The position numbers and the translations under genes were made by a program. A model generated the notes under the pieces. That model ran no database searches. It was not told where the DNA came from and was given only the letters and a program-made list of their open reading frames with translations. From positions 1 through 64,000 of IMG/VR virus record IMGVR_UViG_3300045988_152778: a stretch of DNA of 64,000 nt; one strand, 5' to 3'. Positions 54,008 to 63,992 of this stretch are shown one piece after another; position 1 is the stretch's first letter; each line of letters opens with the position of its first letter. Source of the stretch: a virus.

Positions 54008-54331
54008 TTAGCCTTCTTCGTTCTCGTTTGCGTCTTCGTCGGGCTTTACTTCACTCTGTTCTTTAGCATTGCCCTGAGCATGAAGAAACTCGTCCGCCGC
54101 CTGAGCTGCCGCAGTGAAGCTGTTATTCTTCCAGTAGCTGACGACGCCAGTTACGATGGCGAGCACGACACTGACTATTGCGTACAGCTGATTCTCATCA
54201 AAACTGATGCCCGCAACGCCAAATGCGCCGAGTGTGAGGTTGACAAGAGAGCCTACCATAAGAATAAGGCGAACCCAAGTACCAACCGATACATTACTAA
54301 GATTCTCAATAATGTCTTTGAATTTTTGCAT
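54008..54331 (-). CDS. Holin
   Basis: ATG after GGGAGGTAAGATT. MQKFKDIIENLSNVSVGTWVRLILMVGSLVNLTLGAFGVAGISF...LYAIVSVVLAIVTGVVSYW gives two TM helices and a charged C-terminal tail. Adjacent to the endolysin. Confidence 0.7.
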   Translation of the reverse strand: MQKFKDIIENLSNVSVGTWVRLILMVGSLVNLTLGAFGVAGISFDENQLYAIVSVVLAIVTGVVSYWKNNSFTAAAQAADEFLHAQGNAKEQSEVKPDEDANENEEG

Positions 54332-54335
54332 AATC

Positions 54336-54620
54336 TTACCTCCCAAATATAAATGCGATAAAGGCTGTCATAGCAGCACCGATAAGAGCAGACACAATGG
54401 TCTCCCAACGCTTGCTGGGGCGGTCTTTTAAATCGTCTATTGCTTGCTGAAGCTTTCCGAGGGTTTCAATAACCGTGTTAAGCTTAGAAGTAACAACGCC
54501 CTGAGTTTTATCTATATCGTCAACCTCTTTATCAAGAGTGGTGTACTCTTTTTCAAGCACCTCGACGCGCCTTTTGAGGTTCTTTATCTCTGTCTCTAAG
54601 GCGTCCATACTGATTGCCAT
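54336..54620 (-). CDS. XhlA-like lysis-associated protein (coiled-coil + C-terminal TM)
   Basis: 94 aa. Coiled-coil ETEIKNLKRRVEVLEKEYTTLDKEVDD..., C-terminal TM WETIVSALIGAAMTAFIAFIF. Architecture of XhlA family proteins in Firmicutes phage lysis cassettes. Confidence 0.55.
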   Translation of the reverse strand: MAISMDALETEIKNLKRRVEVLEKEYTTLDKEVDDIDKTQGVVTSKLNTVIETLGKLQQAIDDLKDRPSKRWETIVSALIGAAMTAFIAFIFGR

Positions 54621-55633
54621 TACGATACCTCCTTAAGATATTTAACGGCAACCCATGACATGATATCCGAAAGCAGAGCCTCCTTCACGCCACGGTTTAT
54701 TTGAATTTTTGAGACCTTGTGTTTTGTGGGCGCAAGCTGAGCTTTAGGCACAGCCTTACCTCTCGTATTAGAGAGTCCACCGTAAACCGCCCCAGTCTTA
54801 ATTGTTACTGTGGAGCCTACACCTATTTTTTTTGACGTACTCTTAACCAACGAAAGGTCTACCGCGTACACCCATGAGTTAATCTCCTTAAGCAAAACTT
54901 TGTTTCCACTCACAGACTTAACTGTGTGTTTACGGAGCTTAACCCATACAGGAATACTCTGTCCTGTGGCATACTTCTTGCCCGTAATCTTAACGATATC
55001 TCCCGCCTTTATGGCAGAAGCGGGCTGGGTAGGAGTGGATGGCGTTGTCGGCGTAACAGCTGGCGCACTCGCTGTTCTATTCTTAAGTTTATATACAGAG
55101 GCAACCGCGTCGGCTATTGCAATACCGCACTGTTTCTGCCCAGATGCGTTCTCAACGTGTTTACGATCAGAGGTTGTATCAATAAAAACGGTCTCGACGA
55201 GGAGGCTCTGACATTTGACCTCTCTAACGAAACCAAAGTAGTTTGTGTTATTTTGTACCTTAACTTTTGCGCCACGATTTGGGATGCCGAACTTTGTAGC
55301 AATACTCTTACTAATCGCACCGGCTATTGTCTTGCCGGCGTTGTTGCCTACTTTATAGTAAACCTCAGAGCCCATGCCGTGTGCGGCGTTAAGATGTATC
55401 TCCATAGCAAGGTCATACTTGCCAGCGTTTATAGTCTTAATACGACTATAAAGACTCTTGTCTGCGTCGTAATTTATCAGCGTTACATTACAGCCGTACT
55501 CACGAAGGGCTGCCGCCGCGTACTTACCGATTTCTCGACCTATCTTAAATTCTTGAAAACCGCCGCCACACGCTCCGCTGTCGTAGCCGCCCCTTTCATT
55601 TTTACCGTGTCCGATAGACATAGCTATGTTCAT
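54620..55633 (-). CDS. N-acetylmuramoyl-L-alanine amidase endolysin (Amidase_3/CwlA-type catalytic domain + C-terminal cell-wall-binding repeats)
   Basis: MNIAMSIGHGKNERGGYDSGACGGGFQEFKIGREI...AMEIHLNA... (Amidase_3 zinc-ligand pattern). C-terminal duplicated about 45-aa modules (IKAGDIVKITGKKYATGQSIPVWV / VGSTVTIKTGAVYGGLSNTRGKAVP). ATG after AGAAAGAGAGG. Confidence 0.8.
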   Translation of the reverse strand: MNIAMSIGHGKNERGGYDSGACGGGFQEFKIGREIGKYAAAALREYGCNVTLINYDADKSLYSRIKTINAGKYDLAMEIHLNAAHGMGSEVYYKVGNNAGKTIAGAISKSIATKFGIPNRGAKVKVQNNTNYFGFVREVKCQSLLVETVFIDTTSDRKHVENASGQKQCGIAIADAVASVYKLKNRTASAPAVTPTTPSTPTQPASAIKAGDIVKITGKKYATGQSIPVWVKLRKHTVKSVSGNKVLLKEINSWVYAVDLSLVKSTSKKIGVGSTVTIKTGAVYGGLSNTRGKAVPKAQLAPTKHKVSKIQINRGVKEALLSDIMSWVAVKYLKEVS

Positions 55634-55665
55634 GTTTAATCCTCTCTTTCTATGCCGTCTCAAAA

Positions 55666-55989
55666 TTATTTATCTTTAGGCGCGAATATCTTTCCGTAGA
55701 CAATAGGTGATTTAACAATAAATTTATCGTTCCCCGCTAAAACCTGTATGGATATCTCACCGTCTTTCTTTGTTAAAATAGAAGGAACGATATATGATAA
55801 AAACTCGTCATCTACTTTAATATCGCTAACACTTTTTACAGTGTCGCCCACAAGAAAATCTATAGAATAAAAGCTCGCACCTTGTAAATCTGGTGTAAGT
55901 TGAAAAATAAGCTTAGTCGCCTCATTTTCTCCGACATAACCCATATTAAAGCGAGAGCTTCTCCATAAATCAATTATTACTTCTCGCAT
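55666..55989 (-). CDS. Small tail-associated protein (107 aa); founding member of an MREVxIDL N-terminal domain shared with two downstream tail-fiber-like genes
   Basis: MREVIIDLWRSSRFNMGYVGENEATKLIFQLTPDLQG... is homologous to the N-termini of the genes at 57714..58529 and 58526..59104. Confidence 0.5.
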   Translation of the reverse strand: MREVIIDLWRSSRFNMGYVGENEATKLIFQLTPDLQGASFYSIDFLVGDTVKSVSDIKVDDEFLSYIVPSILTKKDGEISIQVLAGNDKFIVKSPIVYGKIFAPKDK

Positions 55990-56417
55990 TAGCTCAATTC
56001 CTCAAAATATACTCCGACGAGCTGCGACGGCAGATAGTGCAGTATAGTACCTTGACCGTTGCTGTCGTCGCGTATGCATCTGTAAATTTTGCCGCCGTCG
56101 AGATAATACTTGTCCTTGAAATACCGCATACCGGCAGCGGCGGTTATCGGATTATCAATCGTGCCGTCCTCGCCGACCGTGATAGGCTCCCAATGCGCGG
56201 CGGTGTTTTCCGGCAACCATGTAGGATTTGCCGATATTGCGTTGTAACACTTATACAGCCCGCTCGGTCTGCGGACTATACTGCCGACGGCATAATCGAC
56301 ATACCCGCTCCAAAGCGGATAAAGCTCTGCATACTCCAAAGCTTCTGCGTCCGTAGTGACCTTCGTCAACACGCCATCTATCTTGTTGCGATAAGCTTTT
56401 GCTTCTGCTCGCGTCAT
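55989..56417 (-). CDS. Hypothetical tail-region protein (142 aa)
   Basis: ORF-track ORF; start overlaps the upstream stop. Confidence 0.45.
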   Translation of the reverse strand: MTRAEAKAYRNKIDGVLTKVTTDAEALEYAELYPLWSGYVDYAVGSIVRRPSGLYKCYNAISANPTWLPENTAAHWEPITVGEDGTIDNPITAAAGMRYFKDKYYLDGGKIYRCIRDDSNGQGTILHYLPSQLVGVYFEELS

Positions 56418-56620
56418 ATATCTGCACCTCCTGTAATTATTTCTAATGCTTCGGAATCGGATATTTCCTCGTCAGATTTGTCGATTTCCGTCCAGTTACC
56501 TGCACTGTCGTTGACTCCGAGGTGGACGGTTGCCGCGATAACATCGCCTTTTTGCAGTGCCTTACCGTCGTCTGCCGTGAGTATGTTACCGTTAATTGTC
56601 ATGCCGTCACCACCGTCCAT
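56414..56620 (-). CDS. Hypothetical protein (68 aa)
   Basis: ORF-track ORF. Confidence 0.35.
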   Translation of the reverse strand: MDGGDGMTINGNILTADDGKALQKGDVIAATVHLGVNDSAGNWTEIDKSDEEISDSEALEIITGGADI

Positions 56621-57714
56621 CCCTTATTTGTTGCTATTGCAAGAGTCTCATCGGGTATGCCGACCGCCGTCGCGGGCGTTATCGCGAGTTTTATAGTTCT
56701 CGCAGTGCCTCCCGAAATATCAGGCAGAGAATTAAACATTTCTGTAACCGCCGCAACGGAAAGATTTGTTTTGCTAAAGTTGATATTACCGGGAAACGCG
56801 GTCATATTTTCCGTTCCGCTAAAAACGACTTTGCGGAGCGACCTTAAGCTGGCGTTGATTCCGTTAGCTGTGAACTCCGATATATCAACAACTAACTCCT
56901 CAAGTAAATCAGAAGCGACTATCTTTCCAACTTTCGGACAACCCGTCAAACGTCTAAGTTCCGGAGCAACGTCAAGCCTGCCGTACCCCGTTCCTGCGTT
57001 GCTGTTGGTGGGCGACACGCCCAACCCTTCAAGACCATATGCTCTGTTGAGAGCAGGAAAGCCTTCTATCAAATAGATGTATTTAATGCCGTAAAAATAT
57101 AGGTCAGCGGCGTAAAAGTCACTGGCGCTTACATTATATATCACATCTCGGATTATCGTCGGGCAATAATAGCTGTAGGTGTTGTTAAACCCGATGTTGC
57201 GGTAAGGCGTTGTAAGAGTGATTCTGACAACTATTTGTTTTTTCCCGTTCGACAGCGATTTCGCCCAATCAAACTCATTAAAATCGTAGTCAAGCGTAAT
57301 GGTTGCGTCATTATTAATACCATTCCCCGCGATTGTCCTGCTTGCCTTTGAAACAAAAGCACCATTAACCACGATTCCCTCGTCCACGGTTGCAGAGGTA
57401 GCGCGAAACGTGAATTTTCCCTTGTTAGGATAATTCTCTTTCAGCTCGACAAGCAAATACATAGTATTCTGTTCGACCTTGTCATAATCCGGCAACCTTA
57501 GCCACTCGGCGGGGCGTGTGCCGCCATAAACTTCGCGCGGGTCAGACTCCGGCGCAGAAGAGCCACCTGTTATAGTGTCAACTGCATCACCAAAGCCTTT
57601 GGCAGAATCCCATGCTATCTGGTCTGTACCACCTGTCTTGTTGCGGATGCGACCAGCTGTATAAGTCATAGCTGCGTCAAGCATAGCGGAGTCAACTACC
57701 TTATCATATGCCAT
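56599..57714 (-). CDS. Tail/baseplate structural protein (371 aa), putative receptor-binding component
   Basis: Long ORF in the tail module with a Gly/Thr/Asn-rich beta-rich composition. Confidence 0.5.
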   Translation of the reverse strand: MAYDKVVDSAMLDAAMTYTAGRIRNKTGGTDQIAWDSAKGFGDAVDTITGGSSAPESDPREVYGGTRPAEWLRLPDYDKVEQNTMYLLVELKENYPNKGKFTFRATSATVDEGIVVNGAFVSKASRTIAGNGINNDATITLDYDFNEFDWAKSLSNGKKQIVVRITLTTPYRNIGFNNTYSYYCPTIIRDVIYNVSASDFYAADLYFYGIKYIYLIEGFPALNRAYGLEGLGVSPTNSNAGTGYGRLDVAPELRRLTGCPKVGKIVASDLLEELVVDISEFTANGINASLRSLRKVVFSGTENMTAFPGNINFSKTNLSVAAVTEMFNSLPDISGGTARTIKLAITPATAVGIPDETLAIATNKGWTVVTA

Positions 57715-58529
57715 TAGTAACTACCTCCTGTCCATGTCGGCAGAGCGGCGAGCGTGTCCGCTACTATTTCCTCTTTGTCTGCCGTCGTCCAGTAGTCTGT
57801 ACCTTTGACAGGCGTTTTGCCGTCTTTGCCGTCCGCACCTTTATCACCTTCGAGTCCGACATCGGAGCCGTTGTATTGGAGTTTGCCGTTCGAGACAGAG
57901 AGCTTGTCGAGTGTGTCTTTGTTATCGTGGCTGTGAGATTTGGGAACAAGCTCGTCGAGTGCCGTCTCAACATTTTTGACATTCGGCAACTGCGTGTTGG
58001 TATAACTGACGTTTTCAGCGGTTGACGCCCCGCCGGTACCACCGCTACCAATAGCTATGCCGTCATAGGTTGGCTTGCCGTCTTTTGACTCAGCAAACTT
58101 ATCCAAGACAGCCTTATTGCTGTGGCTGTGTTTAGCCGCCATCAGTTGTTCAACTTTTGTCGAGATATCTGTGGGGGTATTAGAAGCTACTTCAGTAGAA
58201 TCCAGCAAGCTACTTCCAATATAAGCCTCTACTATTGGGGATTTAATAATGTTCTCTCCGTTGTTTCCTATAACCTGAATACCCATAACGGACTCTATTA
58301 TAGGCATTAGTGTGATGTCCTGCGGAATGGCATAGTTAATTACGCCGTTACTTGCAGTTACTGTGTTCGACGCGATTACCTTTCCGCAGGTACTAAACTC
58401 TATCTTGTAAGAGATTGCGTCTTTGAGGTCGGGCGATAAAGCGATTATAAGCTTGGTGGCTTTATGCTCGCCAATATATCCTATGTTTACTTTAACAGGA
58501 CGCTGTAAATCTATATATACTTCTCTCAG
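57714..58529 (-). CDS. Tail fiber protein with short collagen-like (G-x-y) stretch; probable CTG start (or N-terminally degraded)
   Basis: The ORF-track ORF starts at ATG 58307. The frame is open upstream and encodes (L)REVYIDLQRPVKVNIGYIGEHKATKLIIALSPDLKD..., homologous to the MREV(I/Y)IDL N-domains of the neighbouring genes. The position where the paralogs have ATG is CTG, overlapping the upstream stop as CTGA. Contains GDKGADGKDGKTP and an internal duplication (HSHSNKAVLDKF.../SHSHDNKDTLDKL...). Confidence 0.5.
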   Translation of the reverse strand: MREVYIDLQRPVKVNIGYIGEHKATKLIIALSPDLKDAISYKIEFSTCGKVIASNTVTASNGVINYAIPQDITLMPIIESVMGIQVIGNNGENIIKSPIVEAYIGSSLLDSTEVASNTPTDISTKVEQLMAAKHSHSNKAVLDKFAESKDGKPTYDGIAIGSGGTGGASTAENVSYTNTQLPNVKNVETALDELVPKSHSHDNKDTLDKLSVSNGKLQYNGSDVGLEGDKGADGKDGKTPVKGTDYWTTADKEEIVADTLAALPTWTGGSY

Positions 58530-59104
58530 ATTAAGTCACCATCCTTACTTTTAATTATTAAAATCAAGACGGGCGTCTTGACTACTTGTTCATTTGCAAC
58601 GAGTAGAACGCTATCAGTTGCAACCCACTCCACCCCATACTTAGCTTCTACGGCATATGCCCCGTCATTAATCTTGAATTTGAGCGTCCATATATCATAA
58701 TTTTCAAACTCATCAACAGATAGAACCCTTGAGTCATTTTTCGCCAAAGTGATAGTTTGCGAGCCTATCACAAGTCTGATTTTCTCTGCTGACTTAGGGG
58801 CTTTTACTTTATACACACCCGTCGTCGCCGTCTTAGGGCTAACTCCGACGACCTGTATTTTCAGTCGTCCGCCAACAGCTAAACTTTTTGTAAGCAACAC
58901 AGAACACACACCGTCGGTTGCCGTCGCACCAACAGATGACTCTTTGTTGAAGGCGTCTTTAAAATGAACCGTGTAATTGAACTTCTCCCCGACCATAAAA
59001 TCGGGGAGTTTTATTTTTAGGTCTGCACTATTGTTTTCGCCATCGTACCCCCACACCACTTCTTGCGTGTTGGGATATTCGGCGTTTATGTAGATTTCAC
59101 GCAA
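58526..59104 (-). CDS. Tail fiber/receptor-binding-like protein (192 aa) with MREIYIN... N-terminal domain
   Basis: MREIYINAEYPNTQEVVWGYDGENNSADLKIKLPDFMVG..., a paralogous N-domain; the C-terminal part is unrelated. Confidence 0.5.
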   Translation of the reverse strand: MREIYINAEYPNTQEVVWGYDGENNSADLKIKLPDFMVGEKFNYTVHFKDAFNKESSVGATATDGVCSVLLTKSLAVGGRLKIQVVGVSPKTATTGVYKVKAPKSAEKIRLVIGSQTITLAKNDSRVLSVDEFENYDIWTLKFKINDGAYAVEAKYGVEWVATDSVLLVANEQVVKTPVLILIIKSKDGDLI

Positions 59105-59110
59105 ATAGCA

Positions 59111-59485
59111 TCAATCCTCTTCAATAAAGTCATAGATCGCGGCTATGTCGTCGGGGGAGAGCTCAACGTTATCAAGCTCCGACAAATAAATCTTTGTGTC
59201 GGGCGTAGTAGCCTCTATCCCACTAAGCTCTTTAATAGCAGCGGCACACTCATCCGTCTTATCTTCTTGGATTTTGTAGCCGTTACCACTTATGACGGGT
59301 TCGCCATTTTCGTCTTTTTCTCCGTACTGTTCAATTATTTGAGAGAGACGCTCTGTGTAAAAATTCGCGTCGTCCTTCAGGAAGTTAGACAGCTTTGAGA
59401 TTTTGTATGCCGTTTTGGCGGGCATAGCATTACAACTTATTTTATTAAGAGCCGCACGGGCTCTGTAAGCATTTTCTATTGTCAT
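59111..59485 (-). CDS. Hypothetical tail-region protein (124 aa)
   Basis: ORF-track ORF. Confidence 0.45.
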   Translation of the reverse strand: MTIENAYRARAALNKISCNAMPAKTAYKISKLSNFLKDDANFYTERLSQIIEQYGEKDENGEPVISGNGYKIQEDKTDECAAAIKELSGIEATTPDTKIYLSELDNVELSPDDIAAIYDFIEED

Positions 59486-59514
59486 TTATATAAGCTCCTT
59501 TTATTCGTGTTGGG

Positions 59515-62500
59515 TTATACACCTATAATCTTGCGCAGAACAAACTTTTGGGGTGCAGACTGTATGCCGCCAATAGTGGCGTCGGCAGTATTTAGCGAGA
59601 TTCCCAAAACCTCGTTATCCCAAACATATATATATTTAAGTGCTACATATTTAAAGCTTGCACTTCCGGCAAGAAATACCGACACGCCATCTCCATTTCG
59701 ATTTTTAACGTGTTCTTTAGGAATGAAAGTGTAATTCCAGCAATAATCTTCTGCTTTGTCTGTATACGCACTCCACACAAGAACAATCCCGTTAGGCATA
59801 GCTGAAACATTTTGGGCTAAGGAAGCTCTTTGGTCTCCGCCCATAAATGATCCAGAACTCGTCCAAAGCTCAGGGTACGAACCTATTTCTACCCCCTTAA
59901 CATAAACACCCGATGTCGCTTTCAGAACCCCCGTTTTGATAGCGGGGTTAATCTCCCACAAGGCATTAATTTTATTATAATTAATTTTTCCTGTATTGGC
60001 TGTGGTTTCGCCTTCGCAAGTTACATTAAAACCGTTAGGACAAGAAATTGTTACCCTTCCACCCTTTGCGGTTTTATTACTCGTAAATCCGAGAGATTGA
60101 ATTACTATATTATTTGTCGCCTGTATACTTAAATAACCTGTACTCTGTAATAATAGATTATTAGCAAAATTACTATCGCTGCTTGTTGCGCCGATTACTA
60201 TTGTTTCCCCGGCTATAGCTACGCAAGTATCTCCGGAGGTATCTTCATAAAGGACAACTCTGCCATTAGTATCTGAACCATCTGTCTTGGTTAAATAAAG
60301 ACCAACCTCGGTTTCTCCATCTGCCGTTTCACTCTTCAGCCACACGTCGTAGTTAGTGCCTTTAACTCTAACCGTACCCGTGAGCTGCGCGTCACCGGTA
60401 TCAAGGTTAATATAAGTCTCGCCGTCTTTTGATTTAAGCAGACCCGCAGTTATTTCACCCGCAGAAGCTCTACGAACTTCAAGGTTGTTAACTGCGTACC
60501 AACCCGCAGTAACATTAGTCTTAGTAGAGGTGTCTTTGACAAATGTAGCTATGGCAATAGAGAAATTAACCGGAGTAAGTGCGGTGCTTTCAAGGCTTTT
60601 AGTGTCGATAGTGACGGTGCTGTTGAGCGTCGTATAGCCGCCGTTTGAAGGCGGTACTTTATCGGAATATATGTTTTTCTTACTCTCTACGCCCTGGGCG
60701 TTACGCACGGTAATAACAAGAGCAATCTTAACATCCAACGAATTATTGTGATACGCTCGGCTATACACGTTACCTGTAATTCTGAATGAGTCGCCAATCT
60801 TACACGGATATGATTTACTGATGTAAGTGAAATATGGCGAAGCGGTAGGGTAGGAGATAGGGGTAAGCCAACGCTCATTTATATACGGCTTGTGAGCTGC
60901 TTCAGCGGCATACTCGGCGGCGGATTTGAATCCGTACACATCAGCAGTTTCTTCGCTTAGGTTAATATAGTTTGTGTAGTCGCCGACCGCAATAGAGTCT
61001 ATAGACAAACTGCCAGTAGCTACAATACTGCCATCCAAATACATCTGCCCGTCTTCAACACCGAACACTTTTTTGCCGTTCGGGTCCTTAATAAGGATAT
61101 CGCCGTTGTTAATCGTAAGTCCTTTATCATCTATAGTTACGCTGTAGTCTCCGTTTTCTTCAGATCCGCCAGCTATAATGAGGTTGTTACCGGCTATAAT
61201 CTTACCTATAATGACATCTCCGGCTACGCCGTACTTGTAAACATCATTGCCGCTTTTGTCTTTCCCGAGATACAGTTTGCCGACAGCTGTTTTAGCCGTC
61301 TCCCACCCATCGTCAGTAAAGACTATGCAATTGTTAACAATGCGGAGCTGTTCGCCGTCGTATATAGGATTACCCTGTGAATCCGTAAGAAAGATAGGGT
61401 TGCCGTCGGCGTCGAGAGCATCCATACCCTGCGCGTCCTTTTGTGTTTTACGCAAGCGACCGAGATATCCGCCGTCGTCTATGATAACTTCTTGATTTTT
61501 AGCCGAGAGAGCTTTGTCTTTTGTAAGTATCAGAGCCTCGTCGATCCACTTGGAAGCATCGCTGACCCGCTTAGACATATCTTCGACTATACCTGTGACA
61601 TACTGCAAGGTAGCCTTTGACTTTGATACATCGCCGAACACATCATCAAACAACGACCTTAGGTCATACTGATTGTATTTGTTACCAAAGGTTAGAGATA
61701 TGGTTTTGGACTCAAAATCTATGTCTATAGTGAGCAAGTGCAGTTGCTCAAATTGGTCGTCGTCTACTTCTGCGGTCACTATACAGCCGCTCTCAAGTTG
61801 CGAAGTAAATGAGGCAAATTGCTGCGAAAAAATAAACGAACGAGTTGTGACTTCAAACTTTCTGTTGGGTGTTGAAATTTTAGAAAGCTGAGTTTTGGCT
61901 CGTTTCATAAGCTCAACACACCAGTCAAATATCTCATCCTGAGACATAATATCCGTCTTAGTGATATTGTCGTCGGTGTAGTCGGCTTGCTTTATATAGG
62001 CAGACAACTCGCGAAGAAGCTCGTCCGTAAATATGACTTTGCCGTTGACGTCTCTTGCGGTTGTAGACAAGCTACACGTCGCCTGAATGGCATCTATCTG
62101 AGCTTTAGTTGCGTCTGCTTGTGATTTTTGAGAATTATATAGCGTCTGCTTCTGCGCCTTAGTTATAGATAATTCTGCGATTTTGGCATTAACAGTCGCG
62201 AGAGCGACGGGCACAGCATCCGTAGTCGCGTCGTCGCCAACCGCGCCACTCTTTTTGAGCTGGCTAAGCAACGATGTCTTCTTTGAACTTATCGTGCCGG
62301 AAAGAATACAATCACGACAGGTGTAATAGATATCAATCTGAGTATTCAGCTTGTCTATATCCATCTGCGTTTCGCTCATAGCGAGATACTGGTTGTAATA
62401 CTCTCTGTTGAGGGCTACATAACTTTCTTCCACAGAGGCAATTTTTGCTTCCCAGCGCGTAACCGCGTCCTGTAACTCAGGAGACATCCAATGTTTATGG

Positions 62501-63303
62501 TATGTGAAGTCGTAAATAACGGTTGTACCGATAGGGTTAACTCGGCGAATACTCATATTCTCGTCACCGGTAACACTTAACGCCGTGTAGAGGTCGTCGT
62601 AGTCCTGCGAAATATCAAGCCCTTCAATAATATTATTCCTTGCAAGATGAATACTTGTAAGGTGTTGGTCGGCGTAGGCAGCTCTATCATATACAGATAT
62701 CTTGCGGTTAATTATGTCATAGCAGAACACACAATCGAACTTGTCCTGCAAGTCGTTCATAAAGAACTCGTATATGCTCGTAGACTCTGCGATCTCAAAA
62801 TATCTACTGCGAGCCTTAACCTTGTCGTCTATATGGTCGAGAGACCACGACGGACATTTAGCTATAGCAAGGGTTAACACGCCGTCTTTGGTATCATTAG
62901 ATATCAGCGGATAAACACCCGCCTTATAGAACGGCGCTTCAAGCTCCTCAAGCTCACGCTCAACGGACACACAGGATATCTCTTTTACTCGCCCCTCTTG
63001 GGAGAACGAGTCTTCAACACTGTCTATTATGAAATATCCAATATCCGAGGCGTATATATATCTTCCAGTTTCGAGGTCACTATAGGTATTACGCACCTTT
63101 TCGTCGATAAGCGGAAGAGTAAAGGCTAACTCAGAGAGAGAGCCAAAATTGAGGGTAGCATCTATATCTTTGGCATACGGCAACGCGCACACCGAATTGG
63201 TGAGTAAATTATCTGAAGCCACATAACTGCCGGGGTTGCACACCGTGAGCAGGGGAGTCTCGAAGCGTTTGAATTTGTCAAACCTTGCTATCACGTCATC
63301 CAC
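59515..63303 (-). CDS. Large tail tip / tail-associated lysin-like protein (Tal-like, 1262 aa)
   Basis: Size and position (between the Dit-like gene and the fiber genes) are typical of siphovirus Tal/minor structural proteins of Firmicutes prophages. Long coiled-coil centre and Gly/Thr/Asn-rich beta-rich C-terminus. Confidence 0.65.
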   Translation of the reverse strand: MDDVIARFDKFKRFETPLLTVCNPGSYVASDNLLTNSVCALPYAKDIDATLNFGSLSELAFTLPLIDEKVRNTYSDLETGRYIYASDIGYFIIDSVEDSFSQEGRVKEISCVSVERELEELEAPFYKAGVYPLISNDTKDGVLTLAIAKCPSWSLDHIDDKVKARSRYFEIAESTSIYEFFMNDLQDKFDCVFCYDIINRKISVYDRAAYADQHLTSIHLARNNIIEGLDISQDYDDLYTALSVTGDENMSIRRVNPIGTTVIYDFTYHKHWMSPELQDAVTRWEAKIASVEESYVALNREYYNQYLAMSETQMDIDKLNTQIDIYYTCRDCILSGTISSKKTSLLSQLKKSGAVGDDATTDAVPVALATVNAKIAELSITKAQKQTLYNSQKSQADATKAQIDAIQATCSLSTTARDVNGKVIFTDELLRELSAYIKQADYTDDNITKTDIMSQDEIFDWCVELMKRAKTQLSKISTPNRKFEVTTRSFIFSQQFASFTSQLESGCIVTAEVDDDQFEQLHLLTIDIDFESKTISLTFGNKYNQYDLRSLFDDVFGDVSKSKATLQYVTGIVEDMSKRVSDASKWIDEALILTKDKALSAKNQEVIIDDGGYLGRLRKTQKDAQGMDALDADGNPIFLTDSQGNPIYDGEQLRIVNNCIVFTDDGWETAKTAVGKLYLGKDKSGNDVYKYGVAGDVIIGKIIAGNNLIIAGGSEENGDYSVTIDDKGLTINNGDILIKDPNGKKVFGVEDGQMYLDGSIVATGSLSIDSIAVGDYTNYINLSEETADVYGFKSAAEYAAEAAHKPYINERWLTPISYPTASPYFTYISKSYPCKIGDSFRITGNVYSRAYHNNSLDVKIALVITVRNAQGVESKKNIYSDKVPPSNGGYTTLNSTVTIDTKSLESTALTPVNFSIAIATFVKDTSTKTNVTAGWYAVNNLEVRRASAGEITAGLLKSKDGETYINLDTGDAQLTGTVRVKGTNYDVWLKSETADGETEVGLYLTKTDGSDTNGRVVLYEDTSGDTCVAIAGETIVIGATSSDSNFANNLLLQSTGYLSIQATNNIVIQSLGFTSNKTAKGGRVTISCPNGFNVTCEGETTANTGKINYNKINALWEINPAIKTGVLKATSGVYVKGVEIGSYPELWTSSGSFMGGDQRASLAQNVSAMPNGIVLVWSAYTDKAEDYCWNYTFIPKEHVKNRNGDGVSVFLAGSASFKYVALKYIYVWDNEVLGISLNTADATIGGIQSAPQKFVLRKIIGV

Positions 63304-63992
63304 CTCGCATTATTCCAAGTAAACTTTACCGACGACACACCGCCGGTAACAGAGATGATATTCTCGCCCGGAACAAGCCTCAAGAAATGCTGATTGATAA
63401 GCTTGTTGTAATACTCGGCATTGGCGTCATTCACAATCGTTCCTATAGCACAATCGGCGTACAACACAGCCTTTGCCGTTGCATCTTTAATCTGCATAGC
63501 ACGGTTGTTATCGCTTTTGTTCGTTATAGTCACATTCGCTTTTGTGTTGCCGCAGGTGATAACAAGATACGGATAGACGTAATCCTGTATGTCCGTATCA
63601 ACATTAAGCGTTATATCCGAGCTGAAAGAGGTGGCTGTGACCTCCACTTTTTCCTGTATAGCCATTGTGGATGAGCACATACAAGTACAACGCCAGCCGA
63701 CAGTGCCCTCGGCATATTCAATTTTCTCAGGGTTACAGAATACGCACTCAAGATATTGTCTTTTTATTGTACCGCTCACATACTCGGCTTCTTTGTCGTC
63801 CTCGGGGTCTATATAAAGCTCTTTGAAGGTAGGGGAGTTGAAGAGCCAATTCTTTATAGCTCGCTCATGTACAGAGCAATACCCCTCTTCGCCGATTATC
63901 TCGACCTCGAACTCAAGCGGAGCGCTCTCGCGGGAGACTCCTGTAATATATCTTTTATTCTGCGCAGGAAAGAACGACGACGAGTATTCCAC
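63291..63992 (-). CDS. Distal tail protein (Dit-like); start within 8 nt of the window edge
   Basis: 233-aa ORF directly upstream of and overlapping the Tal-like gene. Position and size fit Dit. The tape-measure gene is expected beyond the window. Confidence 0.5.
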   Translation of the reverse strand: MEYSSSFFPAQNKRYITGVSRESAPLEFEVEIIGEEGYCSVHERAIKNWLFNSPTFKELYIDPEDDKEAEYVSGTIKRQYLECVFCNPEKIEYAEGTVGWRCTCMCSSTMAIQEKVEVTATSFSSDITLNVDTDIQDYVYPYLVITCGNTKANVTITNKSDNNRAMQIKDATAKAVLYADCAIGTIVNDANAEYYNKLINQHFLRLVPGENIISVTGGVSSVKFTWNNARWMT

